DNA of 24,914 nucleotides. It comes from a virus. Lineage: Duplodnaviria; Caudoviricetes. A program made the translations under genes and the position numbers. Shown here one piece after another: positions 8,736 to 16,364 of this stretch (its first letter is position 1; each line of letters opens with the position of its first letter). The DNA lies in IMG/VR virus record IMGVR_UViG_3300038427_000102, positions 1-24,914 of that record; one strand, given 5' to 3'. The notes beneath the pieces are model-generated. The model was given only the letters and a program-made list of their open reading frames with translations. It was not told the DNA's origin and ran no database searches.

Positions 8736-11700
8736 ATGGCACTATTAGAGGCTTAACAACAGTGGGCCTCATTAAATTCAACCTGATTGACTCGAACGCT
8801 GAAATGCCAACGAGGGCGAACCTGCAAAGGACGCTGAGAGACTAAGCGGTTGAACTCCTACGGGAAGATGCAATAGTCCGAACTCACAGGAACACAACTG
8901 TGAGAGGTTAGCAGAAATGACTAACCCGTACGTAATACGTAACAACATGGCTGTTGAAGCAGTCGAACTAGACGCTACCCAATAGCAAAGGCGTCTACAA
9001 TTCCTTATTGAAAAAAGTTTGCTAAGGAAATCCCTAAACAAAATTGGGGATTAAAAACCCACTCTGATTGACTTGAAACCTGAAACGGCAACAAGGGGCA
9101 AGCGAAAGCAGCCTGAGAGACTAAGCGAGAGGGGCGTCCACAAGACGCATGCGATAGTCCGTTCTCATGGGAACAACAACCATGAGAGGTTGACGGAAAC
9201 GATCAACCCAGAACACAGTAACAAGTAAGGATTTGGTTTTCCATGGCACAACCGCCTATAGCCTTTTCAAGGCAGAAGCAACATCTATCCCCGTGTCCAA
9301 CCAGTCAAACGCTGGTGGCACCGTCCGTGCATCATTCCGTGTGCCTTTCCGTGTGCAGTCCGGCGCGGCAATCTCACAAGGAACTGGTAACGCTGACGCT
9401 ATGGGCCGTGGCACTGGCTCGCAGTGGGCATCGTTCGCGCTGGCACCCGTTTATCTGTTCAACGTGTAAATTTCATGCGCGTTTAAAAGTTGTCCGTATC
9501 GGTGAAACCCTAGCATTTCATGAGGTAAATATGAGTGTAGAAAATACCGAGGTAAGAAGTCAGAGTTTATCAGAGTTGCAAATTGGATACCTCGCAGGAA
9601 TCATGGACGGAGAGGGATCAATCACTTTCGTGTACCATAAGTGCAAGACGAATGTGAATGTTCTGTATTCTCCTGTCGTGTATATATGCGCGGTGGCAAA
9701 CTCCAATCCACTGATAATCCAAGCTGTCGAATCTCTTTTGAAGAACCTTCCTATTAGGTACAAAGTGTACTCACCTAAGCAGGAATGGAACAAGAAAGCA
9801 AAGAAGAAACCGTACGCCATTCATTTGATGGGTATGAATTCTGCTAAGCATTTCTTAAACGTCATCTGTAAGCACCTCAATGGCAAGAGGCAGCAAGCGG
9901 AGTTGGTACTTGAGTATCTGGAACGCAGAGAAGAAGGTCAACGAGTAAAATTCATGACGGAGAGAGATTGGCAAATCATCCACACTGTTCGAAATATGAA
10001 CAGGAATTATGGTGCTGACTTTACCGTAGAGACTAAACGACAACCTTCGCTAACGGGCGAAGAAGTTATAGTCCGAACTGTATAGTGATGTACAGAGGGA
10101 GCAGAAATGCACTCCCCGAATGTCATTACTTATTTTTAAGTGATTACATTTAGTAACAATTTGGTGAAATCTCGTGGTTAGCTCAGGCTTCCACGGATAG
10201 CAAGCAGAAGGGTCTTTTTGCCGTTAAGTCCAAAGCTTTGGCGGCTGTTGCAGGCAAATAAAAGCAACAAAAATTCGCTATATCGGGGAACCTCTGGTAT
10301 ACTATGATTAGTAAATCAGACAATCCCGAGGGAAGATAGTAATGACAAAACAGTCGAAGTTTTCGTACCTAGCAGGTTTCATGGATGGGGAAGGTTCCTT
10401 CTCTATCGTCAAAACCTTCTCTGTTCAAAGAAAACGGGACGGAAGTAAGCAGAAATACGTAACCTACAAATGTATGGTTTCAGTCACCAACACACACAAA
10501 GGTGTTATGGACTGGATCGCCAAGACTTTTGGTGGAAAAGTTCTCACGGGCAACAATGAGAACAGAAACCCCAAGTACAAGACTAGGTATTCGTGGTTCA
10601 GAACGAGCCACGAGGACATTGAAAAATTTACGTTAGGAATTCTGCCTTACCTCATTGTTAAAAAGGAACAGGCACTAGTGACTTTAGAGTTCTGCAAAAC
10701 GTATCAAGCAGAGCGTATAGGCACAGCCCTGAACCCAGAAGTGCAAGTTAAGAGAGATGAATTGAGGAAGAAAATGATGTCCCTTAATGGAGTTTACTCT
10801 GGCGCTTCTACTAGACCCGTAGAGACTACACGCGAGACCCCTCAAATAGAGGGTGATGATATAGTCCGAACTGCATAGTGATATGCAGAGGGTTGGCAGA
10901 AATGCCCAACTTTTGTCAGAAGAATGTACACAAACTTCTTTCAAATAACAAATTGTAAAGCACAGGAAATGAAGAACTCTCTCGACGCCGCAATGCAGGG
11001 CATAGAAGGGCTCATCAACTCAGACGGGTCTGGTAAACAAACAATCTGCCTGACCTTATAAACATGTAGAGAATTCGGTGAAAACCCTTAGGGGCAATAC
11101 CGAGCCGCTCCTCGTATCTGGGGAAGGTGTAACGACTATCCCGAAAGGGAGTAGGGAACAGTGTTCCCGAAGCACTACAACCTTTATGAAAAACTCAAAT
11201 GAAATACTCTGGTCGTATCTGGCTGGGCTGTTCGATGGTGAAGGCACCGTCTGCATAAGCACCAGTCACAACCGAAACAATACAGCTATTTTCCAGATGA
11301 ATGTGAAAGTGGCTAACACTAAGTTGGAACTGATGCAGTGGCTGATTAAAAACTTCGGCGGGTTTTACTCGGTGAGTCAAGCTAAATGCGAAGGAAATAA
11401 TAGAGCTACTCAATATGCGTGGATGCCTAAAGGCAAGAACAATCGAATAGAGGTTCTAGAAAAAATGCTGCCATACTTGGTTATAAAAAAGCAGCAGGCT
11501 CTTATTGGTTTGGACTTTGAAAGAGTGTATGAAGGACGAAACGGATGTCAGCCGGGACTAAAACTGACAACCGACAGTCCTATCTACGTTGAAGCCCACG
11601 CAAAGAGGCTAGAATTAAGAGATCAGCTCGTAAAGCTGAATCGTAAAGGTAAGATATAGTCTGAACTCATAGGCAACTATGAGAGTGTGCGCGGAAACGG

Positions 11701-12811
11701 CGCATGCGTAACAGTATTGATGATTGACCAGATCCCCGCCACAGCAACCTTCGGTACAGGTACTGGTGCACAGACGGCCAGCATTGTTGGCATGAACGTC
11801 GCAGTGGCGTTCAGCGATCAGCAAGTGGTTTCGTTCTACACCGTTGGTGGCGTGAAGCGTGTCGGTGGTGGATACACATCGGCAACGATCTCGTACGTTG
11901 ACGGCCCTTCGAACACCCTGTGGTTCAGCACCCCGCTCCCGACCGATCTCGCAGTCACCGACTACGTGGTTGTGAACGGTGCAACATACGGAACTGGCGC
12001 GTCCGTCCTCGGCATCAAAGCTTGGGATGTGAACTCCAACTCCGGTACCATCGCGGGCTTGAACCGCGCGTCTTACCCCGGGCGTCTGAGCACACCGACG
12101 ATTAACCTCAACGGCGCTGCGATTACACCGGGCATCGCACAGCGTGCAGAAGTCTTGTTGGGACGCGCACTCGGACCCGATGCAGACTCTATCAAGAGCG
12201 GCATCTGGTACGGCCCGCCTGAGCAAGCTTTCGCACAAAGCAACTTGATGTACAACGTTCAGATCGTGAACGCACAGGAAGTCAAGGGCGACAAGACGAT
12301 GGACATGGCCCGCAAGTATTTCAGTGATACTTTCGGCGGCAGGAAATATCACAAGTCTTGGACGGCGATCAACAACCGTATGGACTTGCTTGTACTAGAC
12401 AACTGGTACATTGGGGAATTGTCTCCCCTTGAGCTGTATGATTTCGGTGGTGGCAACGTCGTTGCTCCCGTGCCGGACATCAGTTCAACCACTGGTACCG
12501 CGAGTTACTTGACCTCGCACATGTTCGCATATAACACCTGCTTTTCCACAAAGGTTGGAGCAGTATAAACCCCATCTGATTGACTCGAACGCTGAAATGC
12601 CAACGAGGGCGAACCCGAAAGGGACGCTGAGAGACTAAGCGATAGGGCACCGAAAGGTGATGCAATAGTCCGAACTATACGGGAACAATAACCGTATGAG
12701 TGCAACAGAAATGATTGCACCACGCATAGCGTGTAACAAATATGTAACCTTGCGAACGCGGCTCCGCGCGCCGGTCTATACATCCAAAACGCGGCAGTTC
12801 CCACTATCTGA
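8736..12811 (+). CDS. major capsid protein, split into 8 exons: 8736-8753, 8950-8976, 9018-9035, 9230-9467, 10164-10224, 10956-11034, 11720-12543, 12745-12811 (443 aa spliced)
   Basis: AAGGA RBS then ATG 8736. Joining at U/G boundaries predicted independently by P1 and P10 pairings gives 1332 nt with no internal stop: MALLEA|AVEAVELDA|FAKEIP|DLVFHGTTAYSLFK...YLFNVC(split)EISWLAQASTDSKQKGLFAV(split)KAQEMKNSLDAAMQGIEGLINSDGSG|MIDQIP...AYNTCF(split)NLANAAPRAGLYIQNAAVPTI*. Position after the scaffold-like gene, size, the DGSG motif and the NL...P..G..I.N C-terminus fit an HK97-fold coat protein. Confidence 0.85.
8754..8949 (+). ncRNA. group I intron 1 (196 nt, ORF-less)
   Basis: P1 GAGGCU/GGCCUC with U.G; P10 CAACAGU/GCUGUUG; P3 UUCAACC/GGUUGAA; P7 elements GAGACUA (8838-8844) and AUAGUCC (8873-8879); P9 hairpins; terminal G8949. 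Confidence 0.92.
8977..9017 (+). ncRNA. 41-nt core-less group-I-like mini-intron (intron 2)
   Basis: P1 UAGACGCU (8969-8976)/GGCGUCUA (8990-8997) ending in U.G; P10 UAGCAAA (8983-8989)/UUUGCUA (9018-9024); terminal G9017. Contains an in-frame TAG and shifts frame; no P3-P8. Confidence 0.8.
9036..9229 (+). ncRNA. group I intron 3 (194 nt, ORF-less)
   Basis: P1 AAUCCCU/GGGGAUU with U.G; P10 AAACAAAAUU/GAUUUGGUUU (1 mismatch); GAGACUA (9117-9123), AUAGUCC (9154-9160); terminal G9229. Confidence 0.92.
9468..10163 (+). mobile_element. group I intron 4 (696 nt) carrying a LAGLIDADG endonuclease
   Basis: P1 AACGUGU/GCGCGUU; P10 AUUUCAU/GUGAAAU; P3 GUUGUC (9489-9494)/GACAAC (10039-10044); GAGACUA (10029-10035), AUAGUCC (10068-10074); terminal G10163. 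Confidence 0.9.
9531..10085 (+). CDS. intron-encoded single-motif LAGLIDADG homing endonuclease
   Basis: GYLAGIMDGEGSI motif and HLNGKRQQAELV; GAGGT RBS before ATG 9531. Confidence 0.9.
   Translation: MSVENTEVRSQSLSELQIGYLAGIMDGEGSITFVYHKCKTNVNVLYSPVVYICAVANSNPLIIQAVESLLKNLPIRYKVYSPKQEWNKKAKKKPYAIHLMGMNSAKHFLNVICKHLNGKRQQAELVLEYLERREEGQRVKFMTERDWQIIHTVRNMNRNYGADFTVETKRQPSLTGEEVIVRTV
10225..10955 (+). mobile_element. group I intron 5 (731 nt) carrying a LAGLIDADG endonuclease
   Basis: P1 GCCGU/GCGGC; P10 GCUUUG/UAAAGC; P2 UGUUGC/GCAACA; GAGACUA (10822-10828), AUAGUCC (10861-10867); terminal G10955. Confidence 0.9.
10342..10878 (+). CDS. intron-encoded single-motif LAGLIDADG homing endonuclease
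   Basis: SYLAGFMDGEGSF motif; FGG; ILPYLIVKKEQA (I-CreI-like). Confidence 0.92.
   Translation: MTKQSKFSYLAGFMDGEGSFSIVKTFSVQRKRDGSKQKYVTYKCMVSVTNTHKGVMDWIAKTFGGKVLTGNNENRNPKYKTRYSWFRTSHEDIEKFTLGILPYLIVKKEQALVTLEFCKTYQAERIGTALNPEVQVKRDELRKKMMSLNGVYSGASTRPVETTRETPQIEGDDIVRTA
11035..11719 (+). mobile_element. group I intron 6 (685 nt, IA-like with P7.1/P7.2) carrying a LAGLIDADG endonuclease
   Basis: P1 GGGUCUGGU/GCCUGACCU; AACGACUA (11131-11138) followed by hairpins UCCC-gaaa-GGGA and GGGAAC/GUUCCC; AAGAUAUAGUCU (11651-11662); terminal G11719 (G11722 is a one-codon alternative). Confidence 0.88.
11186..11659 (+). CDS. intron-encoded single-motif LAGLIDADG homing endonuclease
   Basis: SYLAGLFDGEGTV motif; NFGG; MLPYLVIKKQQA. 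ATG 11186 is preferred over the track start 11078, which lies in the ribozyme core. Confidence 0.9.
   Translation: MKNSNEILWSYLAGLFDGEGTVCISTSHNRNNTAIFQMNVKVANTKLELMQWLIKNFGGFYSVSQAKCEGNNRATQYAWMPKGKNNRIEVLEKMLPYLVIKKQQALIGLDFERVYEGRNGCQPGLKLTTDSPIYVEAHAKRLELRDQLVKLNRKGKI
12544..12744 (+). ncRNA. group I intron 7 (201 nt, ORF-less, core nearly identical to intron 1)
   Basis: P1 CUGCUU/GAGCAG with U.G; P10 AAGGUUG/UAACCUU; GAGACUA (12631-12637), AUAGUCC (12665-12671); terminal G12744. Confidence 0.92.
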
Positions 12812-12935
12812 TTGATTCTAAAGCGGTTAGATGGGCAGTGTTTAGGGTTCTCTGCAGGGAATCCTTGGGTTGGAAGATTGCTGCAGCTTTCTTCCTTCTC
12901 AAAACAATTTGTGCCAGGGCGACGGCCATGGCACC

Positions 12936-12980
12936 GTATGGGAGCAGCCTCAATCTGCTCCCATACACTCTATTGAGGAG
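12936..12980 (+). promoter_or_regulatory. hairpin + pseudoknot leader motif, copy D (upstream of endonuclease VII-like gene)
   Basis: GTATGGGAGCAG-cctcaat-CTGCTCCCATAC; loop CCTCAAT (12948-12954) is complementary to ATTGAGG (12972-12978), which overlaps SD GAGGAG. The first hairpin is reduced or divergent. Confidence 0.72.
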
Positions 12981-12985
12981 AGAAT

Positions 12986-13540
12986 ATGCCATACAAAAAC
13001 AAAGCAGATGCCAACGCTGCAGCACGTAGACGTTGGAAAGAAAACCCAGAAGCACGAAGGAAGCAAAAATCTGCTACACAAAAGTGGCAGGATGATAACA
13101 AAGAGCGCTGGAATGATTACAGAAACAAATGGATGAAGACTGACAGGGACGAAAACATAGAAGTTCGTAGAGCTTATGAATTCGCCCGAGAGATGAAGAA
13201 GTACGGAAAATCTATAGAGTGGTACAGGGACAAGCTCGTTGAGCAGCTTGGAGTCTGCGCAATGTGCGGGCATTTCAATCACTCTCAGCGTGGAGAACTG
13301 CATAGATTGCAGGTTGACCACGATCACGGATGTTGCGACAAAAGAACCCATAGTTGTGGTGAGTGTGTCAGGGGGCTTATTTGTGAGAAGTGTAACCTGA
13401 GGCTTGCCCCAATTGAACTTCTGCTTTCCGAGTTCCCCTTCGAGAGACAGGATCAAGCGGAGATTTACCTAAGAAATTCAGTGCGTCAAGACTCATGGAC
13501 GTACCGAGCACTAAAATACCTCAAGCAGTACACCGCCTAA
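12986..13540 (+). CDS. endonuclease VII-like (His-Me) homing endonuclease
   Basis: QLGVCAMCG...LQVDHDH...VRGLICEKCN signature; basic helical N-terminus. Confidence 0.88.
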   Translation: MPYKNKADANAAARRRWKENPEARRKQKSATQKWQDDNKERWNDYRNKWMKTDRDENIEVRRAYEFAREMKKYGKSIEWYRDKLVEQLGVCAMCGHFNHSQRGELHRLQVDHDHGCCDKRTHSCGECVRGLICEKCNLRLAPIELLLSEFPFERQDQAEIYLRNSVRQDSWTYRALKYLKQYTA

Positions 13541-13558
13541 TGGCGAAGGAGACTCAGC

Positions 13559-13708
13559 ATGCAGAAAACGTATGAAGAATATCTAGAAGCTACAAAACAG
13601 TTTCTAAACGGCAAAGACTTGCCACAAGAGATCAGTCTTTTGACCAAAGAAGAATGGGAAGAAACCTTTGTAGACGCAGGAGATCGCCCGCTCCAGCCCC
13701 AAGCTTAG
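13559..13708 (+). CDS. small hypothetical protein (49 aa)
   Basis: Not in track. AAGGAG RBS, ATG 13559, MQKTYEEYLEATKQFLNGKDLPQEISLLTKEEWEETFVDAGDRPLQPQA*. Confidence 0.65.
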   Translation: MQKTYEEYLEATKQFLNGKDLPQEISLLTKEEWEETFVDAGDRPLQPQA

Positions 13709-13805
13709 GCGCAGGCGTATAACACAGGCGTACGGGGCCGGGTTCTTGGGAACCGATGCCCCTCCCTGTGACAAATTTTACCCCTTACTCAGAAGGAGAC
13801 TCAGA

Positions 13806-14102
13806 ATGCTTCAGTATTTGACACCAGCAGCAATTTTTGTGGTAGGACTCATCATCGTCTTCTGGCCTATGAAGACAGCAAGGACTTGTAGTGAACTTCC
13901 TAAAGAGCATTATTGGACAACCATCATAGAAAATAATGTTGAGGCAATACTGAAAGACTTGGGTGCAGAGGTTGAAGGCACGCTTTTCCCTACGAACGAG
14001 GAAGACGCTCGTGAGATGTATCTCAGGTGGTGTAAGAAATTGGAAGAGATTGAAGCCAAGAAAGAAGAACCCTTAGGAGACTCAGAATGGAAACAGGAAT
14101 AG
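13806..14102 (+). CDS. hypothetical protein with N-terminal transmembrane helix
   Basis: AAGGAG RBS before ATG 13806; PAAIFVVGLIIVFWP hydrophobic segment. Confidence 0.7.
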   Translation: MLQYLTPAAIFVVGLIIVFWPMKTARTCSELPKEHYWTTIIENNVEAILKDLGAEVEGTLFPTNEEDAREMYLRWCKKLEEIEAKKEEPLGDSEWKQE

Positions 14103-14812
14103 GCGATAGACTCGCGCGTGGGTGCCCAACGGCACAATTTGCAGGTGCGAGCAGCAACATTACGGACTTTGAGAACGACTTCATCTACATGGAAGTCGAA
14201 AAAGTGATGGAAAAGTACGGACTCAGTCAAGCAGAATTTGACTTATATCACGCGCAGCGTGAAAGTGGTGATCGTCTACCTGATTTGACTCCCGTAGCGC
14301 TCCAAGTAGGGCTGGATGCGGGGTTTTCCGTAGCAGATCACCGTCATAACTACTTGTCAGAAACTACAGTGCCTGCTCCAGTGAGGGCAGAGGCCCCTAA
14401 GAAGTACCCAGAGCCCACATACGGCACGGCTCGGCCTATTTTGGACCGAATTTTGGTCATGCGTATCTCAGACGACCCCGATACTGAGCTTTTAGAGGAT
14501 GGATCGACCAGAAATAAGAAATCTGGACTCATCACAGCCGCAAAATATCGTCAGCACAGCAACGTGGGCCTAGTTTTGGCTGCGGGGGGCTTTGTAGTCC
14601 TAGGGGGTCTCAGGATTCCCATGGAAGAGCTGATAACTCCTTTAGATAAAGTGATTTACGGCGACTATAATTCGGAGTGCTTTCCAATGGACAAAAATAA
14701 GGTGGAAGCGCTCTGCGATTCTCTCGGAGTAAACTACGTAGATGACCAACAAGGGCTCAGGATCGTCCGAGTCCAAGATGTGAGAACCGTAGAAAAGCCG
14801 GTGAAGAAATGA
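14087..14812 (+). CDS. GroES/Cpn10-like co-chaperonin domain with N-terminal extension
   Basis: C-terminal half RPILDRILV...KSGLI...GLVLAAGG...DKVIYGDY...IVRVQDV parallels GroES motifs (RPLHDRVIV, GGIV, GEVLAVG, GDIVIF, IMSESDI). Confidence 0.7.
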   Translation: METGIGDRLARGCPTAQFAGASSNITDFENDFIYMEVEKVMEKYGLSQAEFDLYHAQRESGDRLPDLTPVALQVGLDAGFSVADHRHNYLSETTVPAPVRAEAPKKYPEPTYGTARPILDRILVMRISDDPDTELLEDGSTRNKKSGLITAAKYRQHSNVGLVLAAGGFVVLGGLRIPMEELITPLDKVIYGDYNSECFPMDKNKVEALCDSLGVNYVDDQQGLRIVRVQDVRTVEKPVKK

Positions 14813-15366
14813 GGGAACGATTCTGCATAGCTACTGGTTGCAAAAAGGTGAATGTGTCCAAAGGTTATTGCATGAAGCATAGGCGTCAAATTCTAGGCCC
14901 ATTCCCATCAGACTCTAAAGAGTCCAAAGTGAAATCAGACACTCGCATGAAGAGGCGAAAGGGAATGCCAATTTTCAAGGCGGAAAGAAACGCTAGAAGT
15001 CTAGAATATAACGCCAAAGTTAAAGGGAGAGCCCTGTCCCACTACAGTAAAGATGGCATCATAAAATGCCAAGCAGAAGGCTGTGAAGTAAACGACCCAG
15101 ATATGTTATCTCTTGATCATATCAACAATGATGGGGCTAAAGATAGAAAGCTCGGTAGGGGATACGCAGGTGTAGCTCTCTACGGAATGCTTGAGAGAGA
15201 AAAGTTTCCTGAAGGGTTTCAAACTCTTTGCTTTAATCATCAAAGCAAAAAAGAGTTGGAACGAAGAAGGGCCCACGCGTTGTCTACTATCATTCTTTCC
15301 TACTTGGTTCCTACCATGTTCTTTACTTCGTACGGAAAGGATTTGCAATGTCAGACTCAGAGTTAA
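14809..15366 (+). CDS. HNH-like endonuclease with N-terminal zinc finger
   Basis: CIATGC...KGYCMKH finger; CQAEGC...LSLDHINNDG...FQTLCFNH. Confidence 0.75.
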   Translation: MRERFCIATGCKKVNVSKGYCMKHRRQILGPFPSDSKESKVKSDTRMKRRKGMPIFKAERNARSLEYNAKVKGRALSHYSKDGIIKCQAEGCEVNDPDMLSLDHINNDGAKDRKLGRGYAGVALYGMLEREKFPEGFQTLCFNHQSKKELERRRAHALSTIILSYLVPTMFFTSYGKDLQCQTQS

Positions 15367-15638
15367 TTCAGCATCCTTATGAGAAGTTCTGGGACGAACC
15401 CGCACAGATAACCCGTAGGGAGTTGCAGAAAATCTTCAATAAACTTGCTGCCAACGACGCGGAACTGATGGGAATGTGTGATACCGCCGCATTGCTTATA
15501 AACTTCATTCTAGAAGTTAAATTTGGCATGAAAGACAGAGAAGATCTTGATGTCTATGTTGAGGCTAAGAAACTTCAACTTGCAGAGGCCCGTGCTAAGA
15601 TGAAGGCTGCGGAGGCTCCCAGTGAGCAACCCTCGTGA
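15348..15638 (+). CDS. hypothetical protein
   Basis: 96 aa, AAGGA RBS, overlaps both neighbours. Confidence 0.7.
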   Translation: MSDSELIQHPYEKFWDEPAQITRRELQKIFNKLAANDAELMGMCDTAALLINFILEVKFGMKDREDLDVYVEAKKLQLAEARAKMKAAEAPSEQPS

Positions 15639-16353
15639 TTCCTACCAGCAATACACTTGTGATGAGTTCAATGAGAGATTACGAGAAGTTGGAGGAATCA
15701 ACAAGTATGATGAAAACAACTTCTACGTTTGCTGGGGCCAAGGCGGTGAAGATAAGTGTCTATACCGAGCAGGAGGCTTGTGGGACAACCCAGACGGACC
15801 TAGTTTCAAAGGGTACAGAGACCTCTTGGTCGGGGGCGGCACAGAAAGTTGGATACTTTTGCAGTGGCATGACGCCATTGAGTTTGGAACTCCCGAGAGT
15901 TTCTATGTATCCTGCCACGACGATGATACGGGACTCTCTGATCTTGGAGAGTACTGCTATAGCGGAAAGTATGTCATGCTTTATAATATGTGCTGGCGCG
16001 ATATGTCTTCTGGAAAGATGAAGATTGAAGCCATGCCGCTCAATAGTTTTATCTTAGACACCGTTGTCCCCATTATTTTGGAAGCCCGGGACATTTCTTG
16101 GGAGAAAACTCAGGCGGCACTCAAAGGTCTCAAGGAAAAAGAAGATCAAGACGACATAAACATGGTGGAGGACGCCATGAGAGACGCTTCGGTGGCTTTC
16201 AAAGGTCCAGTATCGTATGCAAGACAAGGTTGCCGCACGCATTTCCTAGATAAGAAAGTAGAATCAATGACTCGGAACTGGAATCGCATGGTGACGAATG
16301 CGAAACAATTAGGAAGGGGTCTTAGTAGCCATACTGTTGACCCAACAATTTAG
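15622..16353 (+). CDS. hypothetical phage protein
   Basis: 243 aa, GGAGG RBS before GTG start. Confidence 0.75.
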   Translation: MSNPRDSYQQYTCDEFNERLREVGGINKYDENNFYVCWGQGGEDKCLYRAGGLWDNPDGPSFKGYRDLLVGGGTESWILLQWHDAIEFGTPESFYVSCHDDDTGLSDLGEYCYSGKYVMLYNMCWRDMSSGKMKIEAMPLNSFILDTVVPIILEARDISWEKTQAALKGLKEKEDQDDINMVEDAMRDASVAFKGPVSYARQGCRTHFLDKKVESMTRNWNRMVTNAKQLGRGLSSHTVDPTI

Positions 16354-16364
16354 GAGGACTCAGA

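Noticed and set aside
8495-8845. 116-aa track ORF
   Set aside because: It spans the GIY-YIG end, the capsid leader and the intron 1 core, has no RBS, and the same translated core text recurs at intron 7, so it is an RNA-structure artefact.
8736-9035. Pseudogene, stop-codon reassignment or ribosomal bypass as the explanation for the broken capsid 5' end
   Set aside because: Other genes end normally in TAA, TAG and TGA, and all breaks coincide with U/G boundaries and P1/P10 pairings. A ribosomal hop over the 41-nt insert is not strictly excluded, because GCT codons occur at 8974 and 9021, but it would not explain the P10 register or the terminal G.
9243-10085. 280-aa track ORF as a capsid-LAGLIDADG fusion
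   Set aside because: Its first ~96 codons overlap capsid exon 4 in another frame and the intron 5' end; the endonuclease has its own RBS and ATG at 9531.
11687-12568. Stand-alone 293-aa gene with GTG start
   Set aside because: Both ends lie in intron sequence; the coding part is capsid exon 7 (11720-12543).
12812-12920. Hairpins after the capsid stop as a defined ncRNA or terminator
   Set aside because: Several short stems exist (e.g. AGGGTTCTC/GGGAATCCT), but there is no clear U-tract or recognisable family, so no call is supportable.
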